Below are positions 21,060 through 31,944 of a stretch of 64,000 nt of DNA, piece by piece (the first letter of the stretch is position 1; every line of letters starts with the position of its first letter). The translations under genes and the position numbers were made by a program. A model generated the notes under the pieces. That model was not told the DNA's origin. It saw only the letters and a program-made list of their open reading frames with translations, and did not search any database. Source of the stretch: an uncultured Acidobacteriota bacterium (GTDB taxonomy: Bacteria > Acidobacteriota > Vicinamibacteria > Vicinamibacterales > JAKQTR01); assembly GCA_963700065.1 (NCBI GenBank), contig CAVOWJ010000014.1:35692-99691 (forward strand), written 5' to 3'.

Positions 21060-22733
21060 ATGACGCGAACATCGCCAAGGCTCCTCGGCCTCGCCGCTGC
21101 AGCCCTGCTTCTGACACTCGCGCCGATTCCGGCCATCGCCCAGGAGCCGCGGCCGGCCCAACCAGCCGCGGACGCCGCCCAGTTCGAACAGGACGTGCCC
21201 ACGGCCCCCGTCGTGGTCGACGGCGCGACGATTCTCCAGCTACGAGGCACCTCTGCGTTCCCGGCCGATCATCGCGCCCGGGTGGTGGCCGACCGGATCC
21301 GTACCGCTGCGGCCAACCCCGCCGTCCAGGCCGACGCGCTGCGCATCGAGGAGACCGAGTTCGCGAGCCAGATCATGGCCGGCACGCAGTTGCTCATCGG
21401 CGTGTATGACGCAGACGCGCTGGTTGAGGGTGTGCCTCGGAGGGCGCTCGCCGGCATGTACCTCAACCGTATCCGGATGGCCATCACCGCCTACCGCGCG
21501 GATCGAAGCGCGCCAGCCCTTCGGCGTGCCGGCATCGCGGCCGCTGTCGCGACCGTCGTCTTCGTCGTGTTGGTGGTCGTGCTCATCTGGCTGAGGCGGA
21601 AACTCGACGCGCTGCTCGACAGGCGGTACGGCCAGAAGATCGAGTCGCTTGCCGCCAAGTCCCAGGACGTCGTCAGCGTCCGGCGCCTCTGGCATTTCCT
21701 CGACGCCGCGCTGCGCTTCGTCCGTTCGGCCTCGATCGTCGTGCTGGCCCTGGTGTACGTGCAGTACCTGCTCGGGCTGTTTCCGTACACGCGACTGGCC
21801 GCGAACCGGGTGACCGGCTATGTGATCGGGCCGGTGGAGACGATGGGGGCGTCGCTGCTGAGCAATGTCCCGAACCTGATCTTCCTGGTGATCCTGGTCT
21901 ACGTGGTGCGCATCGTCCTGCGCATGATCCGCCGCTTCTTCGAGGCCGTAGAACAGGGCCGGATCCAGCTCGCCAACTTCGACCGGGAGTGGGCCACGCC
22001 GACCTACAAGCTGATGCGCCCACTGGTCATCGCGTTTGCGATCATCGTCGGCTACCCGTACATTCCCGGCTCGGACTCGGAAGCGTTCAAGGGCGTCTCC
22101 CTCTTTCTCGGCATCATCTTCTCGCTCGGGTCCTCGTCGTTCATCGCCAACATGATCGCCGGCTACAGCATGACCTACCGCCGCGCGTTCAAGCTCGGCG
22201 ACTTCGTGCAGATCGGCGACGTGAGGGGCGTGGTGTCGTCGGTACGGCTGCAGGTCACCCACATCAGGACGATCAAGAACGAGGAGATCGTCGTCCCGAA
22301 CTCCCAGATCCTGGGGGCGTCGGTCACGAACTACAGCTCGCTGGCCCAGTCGAAGGGCCTGATTCTGCACACCACGGTCGGCATCGGGTACGAAACGCCG
22401 TGGCGGCAGGTGGAGGCGATGCTGATCGAAGCGGCGCGCCGGACGCCGGGCCTGCTGACCGAGCCGCCGCCGTTCGTGTTCCAGTTGCAGTTGGGCGACT
22501 TCTGCGTCACCTACGAGCTGAACGTCTACTGCGCCGACCCGCTGAAGATGCGGGCCACGTACTCGGACCTCCATCGCCACATCCTCGACGTGTTCAACGA
22601 GTATGGCGTCCAGATCATGACGCCGGCCTACGAGGGCGACCCGGAGGTCCCGAAGGTCGTGCCGAAGGAGCAGTGGTACCTGGCGCCTGCGAAGCCCGAC
22701 GCCGCCACCACCGATCCCCGCCCGCGTCTATGA
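21060..22733 (+). CDS. MscS-family channel with a periplasmic N-terminal domain
   Basis: Signal-like N-terminus; motifs IANMIAGYSMTYRRAFKLGD, VPNSQIL and GVQIMTPAYE. Confidence 0.85.
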   Translation: MTRTSPRLLGLAAAALLLTLAPIPAIAQEPRPAQPAADAAQFEQDVPTAPVVVDGATILQLRGTSAFPADHRARVVADRIRTAAANPAVQADALRIEETEFASQIMAGTQLLIGVYDADALVEGVPRRALAGMYLNRIRMAITAYRADRSAPALRRAGIAAAVATVVFVVLVVVLIWLRRKLDALLDRRYGQKIESLAAKSQDVVSVRRLWHFLDAALRFVRSASIVVLALVYVQYLLGLFPYTRLAANRVTGYVIGPVETMGASLLSNVPNLIFLVILVYVVRIVLRMIRRFFEAVEQGRIQLANFDREWATPTYKLMRPLVIAFAIIVGYPYIPGSDSEAFKGVSLFLGIIFSLGSSSFIANMIAGYSMTYRRAFKLGDFVQIGDVRGVVSSVRLQVTHIRTIKNEEIVVPNSQILGASVTNYSSLAQSKGLILHTTVGIGYETPWRQVEAMLIEAARRTPGLLTEPPPFVFQLQLGDFCVTYELNVYCADPLKMRATYSDLHRHILDVFNEYGVQIMTPAYEGDPEVPKVVPKEQWYLAPAKPDAATTDPRPRL

Positions 22734-22744
22734 GGGTCAGACCC
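22734..22744. repeat. REP-like palindrome GGGTCAGACCC
   Basis: Directly after the stop codon; shares the GGGTCAGAC core with 23735-23773. Confidence 0.4.
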
Positions 22745-22913
22745 GGGGGGGAGCCTCCCCACAAGGCTTCTCGCCGCGAGGTGTTCAAGAGCGCACAGCC
22801 GGGGTGATTGCGGCTGCGGTACAGTGCCGGCGACCGGTTGCGCCGTGCCGCGCCCGAGCCGGACGGCGTGTCTGTCCGGGGCCCTGCCGCGGCCAGCACA
22901 GGGGAGGAAGCCC

Positions 22914-23711
22914 GTGAAGACCATCAGGCTTGTCGCGATCGCGCTCGTCATCCTCGCCACGGCGATGCCCGCCGCGGCACAGCCCGCCAAGATGTACGAC
23001 AAGGACGTGAAGGCCCTGATCGAAGACTCCAAGAAGACGTTCGAGCGCTTCTGGGATGCCGTCGACGACAAGACGAAAAACGCCGTGTTCAAGGGGCCGG
23101 CCGGCGAGTACGTCGCCAAGTTGATGGCCGATGATTACAAGAAGGCCATCGAGAACGCCATCAGCCGGTTCAGCCCCAGTTATTCGGCCAGCACCGAAGT
23201 GGGCGCATTCATGAAGGACGCGGTCCGGTTCCAGGGTTTCGTGAGGCAGCAGGACGCCAGCTTCAAGGGCGCCTCGGAGTGGCAGGCGCACACGGGCGTG
23301 CTCGGCAAGCTCGCGACGGAGTACGGCGCCAGCTTCCCGCCGGCGCAGGATCAGCCGTTCCGCTGGCACACCGACCAGGAGGTCATTTCTGCGACCGCGG
23401 CCATCGAGGCGACCAGCAAACAGGCGGCGACCGCCGTCGAGGACGCGCTGAAGAAGGACAAGACCACTCCCGAACCTGCCAGGAAGGCGCTCGTCGGGGA
23501 GATCAAGGGGCTCGGTGAGGCCGCCAAGGCGCTGGGGTCGGCTGTCAAGGACGGCAAGCCGGCGTCGGCACTCGTGACGAACCTCTTCGATCAGACGAAG
23601 AAGGCGCAGGATGCGCTCGGATCCAACCCGACCGCGAGCAAGTTCCAGGGCCAGTTGGGCGCGGTCAACGCGCAGAACGCGACCATCCGCAGCGCGTTTC
23701 ACGTGAAGTAG
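22914..23711 (+). CDS. Secreted helical hypothetical protein
   Basis: RBS GGGGAGG; GTG start; signal peptide ending AAA-Q. Confidence 0.7.
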   Translation: MKTIRLVAIALVILATAMPAAAQPAKMYDKDVKALIEDSKKTFERFWDAVDDKTKNAVFKGPAGEYVAKLMADDYKKAIENAISRFSPSYSASTEVGAFMKDAVRFQGFVRQQDASFKGASEWQAHTGVLGKLATEYGASFPPAQDQPFRWHTDQEVISATAAIEATSKQAATAVEDALKKDKTTPEPARKALVGEIKGLGEAAKALGSAVKDGKPASALVTNLFDQTKKAQDALGSNPTASKFQGQLGAVNAQNATIRSAFHVK

Positions 23712-23734
23712 CGCGGCGTGCCGCCGGAAGAAGA

Positions 23735-23773
23735 ACGGGGTCAGACACCACACGGCATGGTGTCTGACCCCGT
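23735..23773. repeat. REP-like perfect 16-bp inverted repeat between convergent genes
   Basis: ACGGGGTCAGACACCA-N7-TGGTGTCTGACCCCGT. Confidence 0.75.
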
Positions 23774-23803
23774 CTGTCTGAGGGGAATCGGGAACCCCTT
23801 GCG

Positions 23804-23866
23804 CTACCCGACGAACACCCGCCCGTTGCGGAACAGGCGCATCCAGCGGCTGTCCTCGCCCCAGCC
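23804..23866 (-). repeat. Displaced duplicate of the purL 3' end (direct repeat of 25143-25205)
   Basis: Encodes GWGEDSRWMRLFRNGRVFVG* versus pur[21 protein letters not shown]; 57/60 nt identical before the stop codon. Confidence 0.92.
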
Positions 23867-25042
23867 CTACCACTCAATCTCGTGGACCGCGAACCACGGC
23901 ACGACCGCGGCCTGCGTGCGCCGCTGGCGTTCCTGGCCGCCATACACCAGAATCGGATCGATCCGGGTATTGGCGGCGCCGAGGTCCTGGTTCGCGAGCC
24001 ACGACAGATCTCCGAAGAACTCACCGGCGACGGTCTGACCGGACTTGACCTCCACGGCCACGATGGCGTCGCCGCGCTCGACGACGAGGTCGACCTCGTG
24101 GCCCTGATGGTCGCGATAGAACGAGATCCGCGGGCGGCGGCCGGTGCTGAACATGGCCTTCAGCGCCTCGCAGACGACGTAGTTCTCGAAGAGCGCACCG
24201 CGCAGCGGGTGAGTGACCAACTGTACGGGCGTGCGGATGCCGAGCAGATAGCAGGCGAGCCCCGTGTCGTAGAAGTACGTCTTCGGCGCGCGGACAAGCC
24301 GCTTTCGGGTGTTGGTGTGGAACGGGTGAAGCCGGAACGCGACGTAGCTCGCCTCGAGCACGGACAGCCACGCCCGGGCCGTGTTGTGCGTCACACCCGC
24401 GTCGGCACCCAGCCGGGAGAGATTGAGCAACTGGCCCGTGCGGCCGGCCATCAGGCCGAGAAAAGCCTGGAACGCGGAGAGGTCGAGCACGTTCGTGATC
24501 CGGCGCACGTCCCGCTCGACGTAGGTCGACACATACGCCTCGTACCAGTCCGGCGGCGGAATGGCCCGATCGGGGATCGCCGGAAACCCTCCACGCCAGA
24601 TCTGGTCCCACAACGAGGGTGGTGTTCCGGGGAACCTCTCGTACTCCGGCCGCGAGCACGGCAACAGCGTCACCAGGCCCGTGCGTCCAGTCAGCGACTG
24701 CGAGACCGACGCCAGCAGGGCCAGATTCGCGGACCCGGTGAGCACGAAGCGTCCAGCCTCGGGCCGCTGGTCGACTTCCACCTGCAGATAGGACAGCAGA
24801 TCGGGTGCCCGCTGGACCTCGTCGATCACGGCTCCGGAGGAGTGAGCCTCCAGAAAGCCGCGCGGATCGCCGGTGGCGAAGGCGCGCTGGTCCAGCGCCT
24901 CGAGCGACACGTAGTGCTTGTCGGGAAAGAGCTGGCGGCACAACGTCGTCTTTCCCGACTGCCTGGGCCCTGTGATCGTGACGACGGGGAAGGACTGGCA
25001 GAGCGCCCGAACGTGCGGAGCGATGTCCCGTTGCACGGGCAT
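23867..25042 (-). CDS. AAA_14 + DUF4143 ATPase with a C-terminal PD-(D/E)xK-like domain
   Basis: Walker A GPRQSGKTT; Walker B VIDEVQ; LTGS; PKTYFYDTGL; GALFEN; EVDLVV...VEVKSG. Confidence 0.88.
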   Translation of the reverse strand: MPVQRDIAPHVRALCQSFPVVTITGPRQSGKTTLCRQLFPDKHYVSLEALDQRAFATGDPRGFLEAHSSGAVIDEVQRAPDLLSYLQVEVDQRPEAGRFVLTGSANLALLASVSQSLTGRTGLVTLLPCSRPEYERFPGTPPSLWDQIWRGGFPAIPDRAIPPPDWYEAYVSTYVERDVRRITNVLDLSAFQAFLGLMAGRTGQLLNLSRLGADAGVTHNTARAWLSVLEASYVAFRLHPFHTNTRKRLVRAPKTYFYDTGLACYLLGIRTPVQLVTHPLRGALFENYVVCEALKAMFSTGRRPRISFYRDHQGHEVDLVVERGDAIVAVEVKSGQTVAGEFFGDLSWLANQDLGAANTRIDPILVYGGQERQRRTQAAVVPWFAVHEIEW

Positions 25043-25048
25043 GCAAAG

Positions 25049-25077
25049 AGGATGTGGCAATCTATGAAAATTGTCAA
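25049..25077 (-). promoter_or_regulatory. Sigma70-type promoter giving a probable leaderless ATPase mRNA
   Basis: TTGACA-N17-CATCCT-N6-ATG in an AT-rich patch. Confidence 0.55.
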
Positions 25078-25142
25078 TCGGATTTACAGATTTCACGTCG
25101 CCGCCGCCGAACAACCGGAACATCGAAAAGACGACTGGGTCT

Positions 25143-28100
25143 TCACCCGACAAACACCCGCGCGTTGCGGAACAGGCGCATCCAGGGGCTGTCCTCGCCC
25201 CAGCCGTCCGGGTGCCACGAGAGCTGAACAGTCCGGAACACCCGCTCCGGATGCGGCATCAGCGCGGTGAAACGGCCGTCGGCCGTGGTCACGGCCGTGA
25301 GCCCGCCGGCCGACCCATTGGGGTTGAGCGGATAGGTTTCTGCCGGGCGGCCGCGGTTGTCGACGAACCGGCCGGCCGCCACGACCTTGCCCGCGTGCTC
25401 GGGCGTCTCGAACAGCGCCCGGCCCTCGCCGTGCGCCGTGACGACCTGGAGCCGGCTGCCCGCCATGCCCGAGAAGAACAGCGACGGGCTCTCCAGGATC
25501 TCCATCGTCGAGAGCCGCGCCTCGAACTGCTCGGAGGTGTTCTTGACGAAGCGCGGCCACGCCTCCGCCCCGGGGACGAGTTCCTTGAGCGCCGCCATCA
25601 TCTGGCAGCCGTTGCAGACGCCCAGGGCAAAGGTGTCGGGCCGCGCAAAGAACGCCGCGAACTCGTCGCGCGCGCGCGGGTTGTAGAGGATCGACTTCGC
25701 CCAGCCCTCGCCGCCGCCGAGCACGTCGCCGTAGGAGAAGCCGCCGCATGCGGCGAACGCGCGGAACGACGCGAGCGAGACCCGTCCTTCGATGATGTCG
25801 CTGACATGGACGTCGTGCGCCTCGAACCCTGCGCGATCGAAGGCGGCCGCCATCTCGACTTCCCCATTGACTCCCTGATCGCGGAGAATCGCGACTGGCG
25901 GCCTGGCGCCGGTGGCGATATAGGGCGCGGCGACGTCGTCGGCAGGATCGAAGGGCACGAACGGAGAGATGCCTGGGTCGCCCGCGTCGAGAATCCGGTC
26001 GTACTCCTCGCGGGCGGATTCGGGGTTGTCGCGCAGCGACTGCATCTGCCAGGTCGTCTCGCTCCAGGCGCGATGGAGCGCCGTCCGCGAGTCGCTGAAG
26101 AGCACATCCGAGCCTCGCACCACTCGGATCTCGCCGTCCTCGGTCACGCGGCCCACGGCGCGCGCGTCGAGGCCCCGAGCGCGCAAGGCGCCCAGTGCCA
26201 CATCGAGGTCGGCCTGGCGAACCTGGACGACCACTCCCAACTCCTCGGCGAACAGCGCCGCCGCCAGCCGGCCGTCGGTCGCGCACAGCGCGGCGGCGTC
26301 AATCGTCACGCCGGCGCGCCCCGCGAACGCCATTTCACAGATGGTCACGAACAGCCCGCCGTCGGAACGATCGTGGTAGGCGAGCACGCGGCCGGCCCGG
26401 CGCAATTCCGCGAGCGCGTCGAACAGGCCGCGAATCCTGGCCGGGTCGCCGACGTCAGGGGCCTCGTCGCCCGTCTCGTTGTAGACCTGCGCAAGGACGG
26501 ACCCGCCCAGCCGCGCCTGGCCGTTCGACAGATCGATGAGGACCAGGACGGTCGGTCCCGCGTCCTTCCGCAGCTGGGGCGTCCACGTCTCGCGCACGTC
26601 GTCGCACGGCGCGAAGGCGGAGACAAAGAGCGAGACCGGGCTGACGACCTCGGCTCGGCCGTCTCGGTCCTCCCAGGCGGTGCGCATCGACATCGAGTCC
26701 TTGCCGACCGGAATGCTCACGCCCAGGGCGGGGCAGAGGTCGAGGGCGACGGCGCGGACCGTGTCGAAGAGGGCCGCGTCCTCGCCCGGCGCGCCGGCGG
26801 CGGCCATCCAGTTCGCGGACAGTTTCACCAGCGAGAGCGCGCGAACGGGTGCCGCGGCCAGGTTCGTCAGCGCCTCGCCCACCGCCATCCGCCCCGACGC
26901 CGGCGCGTTGACCACCGCGAGCGGCGTGCGCTCGCCGATGGCGAACGCTTCCCCCGCGTAGCCGTGAAACGACAGCAGCGTGGTGGCGCAGTCGGCCACG
27001 GGCACCTGCCAGGGCCCGACACACTGATCGCGGGAGCACAGGCCGCCCACCGTCCGATCGCCGATCGCGATGAGGAAGGTCTTGTCGGCGACGGCCGGCG
27101 CGCGAAGGACGCGTGACACGGCATCGGCGAGGCTGACCGACGCGGCGTCGAACGGCCGGAGCGCCGGCGCGACGCGGCGCACCTCGCGCGTCATGCGCGG
27201 GGGCTTGCCCAGCAGGGCCGGCAGATCCATGTCGACCGCGTCGTTGCCGAACAGCGGGTCGTGGACCACGAGGTGATGGTCGTCGGTGACCGTGCCGACG
27301 ACGGCGAACGGGCAGCGCTCGCGCCGGCAGAGCGCGCCGAACGCGTCGAGGCGCTCGGGCGCGATCGCGAGCACGTAGCGCTCCTGGGCCTCGTTGCACC
27401 ACACCTCGCGCGGCGACATGCCGGGCTCTTCGTTCGGCGCCGCGCGCAGGTCGATGCGCGCGCCGCGGCCGGCCCCGTGGGCGATCTCGGGCAGGGCATT
27501 CGAGAGCCCGCCCGCGCCGACGTCGTGGATCGAGAGAATCGGGTTCGCGCCGCCGAGCGCCCAGCACCGATCGATCACCTCCTGGGCGCGGCGCTGGATC
27601 TCCGCGTTGCCTCGCTGCACGGAATCGAAGTCCAGATCGGCCGTGTTGGCGCCGGTCGTCATAGACGAGGCGGAGCCGCCGCCCATGCCGATCAGCATGC
27701 CGGGCCCGCCCAACTGGATGAGCAGGGCGCCGGCCGGAACGTCCGCCTTGTGCGCGTCGGCGGCCCGGATGTTGCCCACGCCGCCGGCCAGCATGATGGG
27801 CTTGTGGTAGCCGCGCCTGACGCCCGCGGCTTCCTGCTCGTAGGTCCGGAAATAGCCGGCGAGGTTCGGCCGCCCGAACTCGTTGTTGAACGACGCCGCC
27901 CCGATGGGCCCTTCGAGCATGATGGCGAGCGGTGAGGCGATGCGATCCGGCTTCGACTCGGCGCCCTCCCACGGACGCTCGAACCCGGGGATGCGCAGGT
28001 TCGACACCGAGAAGCCGCACAGACCGGCCTTCGGCTTCGAGCCCCGCCCGGTGGCGCCTTCGTCGCGGATCTCGCCGCCCGAACCGGTGGCCGCGCCCGG

Positions 28101-29001
28101 GAACGGCGAGATCGCCGTCGGGTGGTTGTGCGTCTCCACCTTCATCAGCGTGTGCGTCTCGTCTTCCCGGTAGCCGTAGCGGCCGGTGGCGGGGTCCGCG
28201 AAGAAGCGCCGCGCCATCCCGCCTTCCATCACCGCGGCGTTGTCCGAGTAGGCGCTCACGGTGCCCTGGGGGTTGGCCGCGTGCGTGGTGCGGATCATGC
28301 CGAAGAGCGAATGCGGCTGGGGCTCGCCGTCGACGACCCACGACGCGTTGAAGATCTTGTGGCGGCAGTGCTCCGAGTTCGCCTGCGCGAACATGGTGAG
28401 CTCGACGTCGGTCGGATTCCTGCGGCGGCCCGTGAAGTACGTCGACGAGGTAGTCGATCTCGTCCGGCGCCAGCGCCAGGCCGAATGCCTGGTTCGCTTC
28501 TTCGATCGCCTGCCGGCCGCGCGCGAGCACGGCGATCGTCGTCAGCGGCTTCGGCGGGACATGGCGGAAGAGCTCGTCGGCGTCGTCACACGAGCCGAGC
28601 ACCGTCTCCGTCATGCGGTCGTGCAGCAGCGGCAGGATCGGGCTGAGATCGCCTGTCGCCTCGAGATAGTAGACCGTTCCGCGCTCGATGCGGCGGATCG
28701 CGCCAAGCCCGCAGTGCGTTGCGATGTCGGTGGCCTTCGACGACCAGGGCGAGATCGTCCCCAGTCTCGGCGTGACGAGCACCTCGCGTCCGGCGGCCGC
28801 CGCAGCCGGGGCGCCGTACGTCAGCAGGCGATCGAGCGTCACCGCCTCTGCCGGATCGAGCGGCCGCTCCACCTCGACGAAATGCCAGAACCGGGCCGCG
28901 ACGACGCGCGCCGCCGGCTGGTCACGCTGCATGCGCGCGTTGAGCTTGTCGAGGCGGAACGCTGACAGGGCAGAGCCGCCGGCAATCTTGAGGACCGTCA
29001 T
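25143..29001 (-). CDS. purL: Phosphoribosylformylglycinamidine synthase, large single-chain type; apparent frameshift near 28440
   Basis: Motifs [44 protein letters not shown] and MPHPER. Confidence 0.95.
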
Positions 29002-29044
29002 CTGCCCCCGATTCTACCTGACCGGGCGGGGCCCGTCGGCGGCG

Positions 29045-30581
29045 TCACTTGCCCCGGAGTTTCGCAACCGGGCCATCCACGCCCGCCGGCGGCTGGGTGG
29101 CGGCGAACTGATCCTCGTCGCCGAGCGCCTGCTTCAGACGCATCAACTCCGCCTTGAGCTCCGCGGTGATCGTCTCGTGCCCCGGCTGGCCGTAGAGGTT
29201 GTGCAGTTCACCCGGGTCGTTCACGAGGTCGAACAGCTCCCACTGCCCGCTCTTCCAGAAGGAGATGAGCTTGTGCGTCGCCGTACGGACGCCGTAGTGC
29301 GCCCGCGTGTTGTGATCGCCAGGGTCGTGGTAGTAGCGGTAGTACATCGAGGTCCGCCAGCCCGCGGGCGTGTGCCCCTTCATGAGCGGGACGAGGCTGC
29401 GGCCCTGCATGTCGGCCGGTGTCTGGAGCCCGGCGGCCTCGAGGAACGTGGGCGCGAAGTCCACGTTGAGCGCCATCGCCTTCGCCACCGCGCCTGCCTT
29501 GATGCCGGCAGGCCATCGCACGAGGAACGGCATCCGCAGGCACTCCTCGGTACATGAACCGCTTGTCGTACATCCCGTGATCGCCGAGGAAGAACCCCTG
29601 ATCGCTGGTGTAGACGACGATGGTGTGCTTCGACAGGCCGGCCGCATCGAGCGCGGCAAGGACGCGGCCGACGCTGTCGTCAACCGACTGGACCGTGGCG
29701 AGGTAGTCCTGCATGTAGCGCTGGTACTTCCATCGCGTGAGTGCCTCGCCCGTCAGCGTCGCCTGCCGGCCGCCGGCGTCGATGGTCACCTCGTCGGGCT
29801 TGGTGCCGAGCCACTGGTTGAGGTCCGGCCCGGTGAGCCCGGCCGGGTGCTCGAGCTTGAGATCGCGGCGGGTCAGGTCGGCGGCCACGCGCTGCTTGTT
29901 CTCGTGAAGGGCGTCGGTCCGCGTCGCGTACGAGTCCCACAGCGTCGGCGGCTCCGGGATCCACCGGTTCTCGAACAGCTTCCGGTATCGCTCCTCCGGC
30001 ACCCAGTGCCGGTGCGGCGCCTTGTGGTGCATCATCAGAAAGAAGGGCCTGCCGGCCGGCCGCGTGCGGATGAAGTCGAGCGCCAGCTCGGTGATGACGT
30101 CGGTGACGTACCGGCCCGCGTAGGTCTTCTCGCCCGACGCGGTATAGAGCACCGGATCGTTGTAGGCGCCCTGGCCCGGCAGGATCTCCCAGCGATCGAA
30201 GCCCGCCGGATCGCTGCCGAGGTGCCACTTGCCGATCATGCCCGTGTAGTACCCGCCGGCCTGGAGCAGGCGCGCGACGGTTTGCCGCGAGCTGTCGAAC
30301 CGGTTGAAGACCGGCACCCCGTTCCGATGCGAGTACTGGCCCGTCAGGATGGCCGCGCGGCTCGGCGTGCAGATGGAGTTCGTGACGAACACGTTGTCGA
30401 ACCTCATGCCCTCGCGCGCCAGGCGGTCGATGTTCGGCGTGGTGTTCACCCGCGAGCCATACGCGCCGATCGCGTGGGCCGCGTGGTCGTCCGACATGAT
30501 GAAAACGATGTTCGGGCGATCGGCGGCCGAGGCCGGCCCGGCCAGGACCGCCACCAGGAGCGTCAGAAGGGTCAGGCGCAT
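29045..30581 (-). CDS. Sulfatase (Cys-type, probably carbohydrate-active); apparent frameshift near 29550
   Basis: Motifs RPNIVFIMSDDH, CTPSRAAILTG, GKWHLG and SDQGFFLGDHG..DKR; signal peptide. Confidence 0.88.
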
Positions 30582-30642
30582 GGCCCTGATTCTAGATCGG
30601 GACGGCACCATGCTACAATCGCGGGCAGCGAGCCGCCACCAG

Positions 30643-31944
30643 ATGATGCCACCAGCCCCGACCCTGTCCCCGGAGGCCAAGTACCGCCTCCTGCTGAAGC
30701 TGTCGCAGGAGATCGGACGGAGCCTCGACCTCCAGGAAGTGCTCGCCTATCTGCTCGAAGCGGTGCGGACGGCCGTGCAGTTCGACGCCGCGGGCGTCTT
30801 CGTCCTGAACCGGATCGTGCCCCTCGGCCAGGACACCGGCGGGCTCCTGATTGCCGGCATGGCCGCGGTGGGATTCGACGACCTGCCCCGCGACGATGAC
30901 CCGATGCTGCGGCAGGGCAAGGGCATCATCGGCCACGTGATCGCGACGGGCCAGACCGTCATCGCGCCGGACGTTCGCCTCGATCCTTACTACGTCGAGG
31001 GCAAAGCCTCGACCCGGTCCGAGATCGCCGTGCCGATTGTCAGCGGCGGCGCCGTCATCGGCGCGCTGAACCTGGAGAGCGACACGCTGGACGCGTTCTC
31101 GGACGCGGATGTCGAGTACCTGGAGTTCTTCGCCGTCGCGGCGGCCATCTCCATCGAGAAGGCCGTGGTGCACCTCGAGATGCTCGAGAAAGAGCGCATC
31201 GAGCACCAGCTCCGCATCGCCAGGCAGGTGCAGGCGGCCCTGCTCCCGGCGGCCGACCCGGCCGTCCCCGGGTACGACATCGCCGGCACCAACGTGCCGA
31301 CGTGGGAAATCGGGGGCGATTACTACGACTACCTGCCGCAGCCGGACGGCCGCCTCGGGGTGGCTATCGCCGACGTCTCGGGCAAGGGCGTGCCCGCGGC
31401 GCTCATCATGGCGACGTTTCGCGCGGCGCTCCGCGCCCAGCGCGTCCGGGACATGGCGCTGGACGGCATGGCGGACCGCCTGAACCGCATCCTGCTCGAT
31501 TCGATGGACACCTCGCGCTTCGTGACGGCCTTCTACGGGCTGCTCGATCCCGCCAGCGGCGAGCTCGGCTTCGCCAATTGCGGGCACAATCCGCCGATCC
31601 TGCTTCGCGGCGCCGGGCCCCGCGAGACGCTGCCGAGCGGCGGCCCGGCCCTGGGCATGTGGCGCGAGGCACGCTTCGCGACGGGCTCGGTGGCGCTGCG
31701 GCCTGGCGACATCCTGGTGCTCTACACCGACGGCGTGATCGAGGCGATGAACGGGTCGGGCGAGATGTTCGGCGTCGATCGCCTCGAGCGCGTGATCGCC
31801 AGCCGCCGCGACGACGCCGCGCGCGACCTTGTCGAGGCGGTCGTCGACGCCACCCGCGCGTTTGCCGGGCGTTCGACCTACGAGGACGACTTCACCCTGG
31901 TTGTCGTCAAGCGACAGGGCGGCGTGCAGGCCGATCCGGCATGA
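30643..31944 (+). CDS. GAF + PP2C (SpoIIE/RsbU-like) serine phosphatase
   Basis: GAF motif RSEIAVPI; PP2C motifs GGDYYD, IADVSGKG, YTDGVIEA and DDFT. Confidence 0.88.
   Translation: MMPPAPTLSPEAKYRLLLKLSQEIGRSLDLQEVLAYLLEAVRTAVQFDAAGVFVLNRIVPLGQDTGGLLIAGMAAVGFDDLPRDDDPMLRQGKGIIGHVIATGQTVIAPDVRLDPYYVEGKASTRSEIAVPIVSGGAVIGALNLESDTLDAFSDADVEYLEFFAVAAAISIEKAVVHLEMLEKERIEHQLRIARQVQAALLPAADPAVPGYDIAGTNVPTWEIGGDYYDYLPQPDGRLGVAIADVSGKGVPAALIMATFRAALRAQRVRDMALDGMADRLNRILLDSMDTSRFVTAFYGLLDPASGELGFANCGHNPPILLRGAGPRETLPSGGPALGMWREARFATGSVALRPGDILVLYTDGVIEAMNGSGEMFGVDRLERVIASRRDDAARDLVEAVVDATRAFAGRSTYEDDFTLVVVKRQGGVQADPA

Noticed and set aside
28394-28460. Programmed frameshift splitting purL
   Set aside because: No slippery sequence is evident, and similar isolated indels occur in many unrelated genes, consistent with assembly error.
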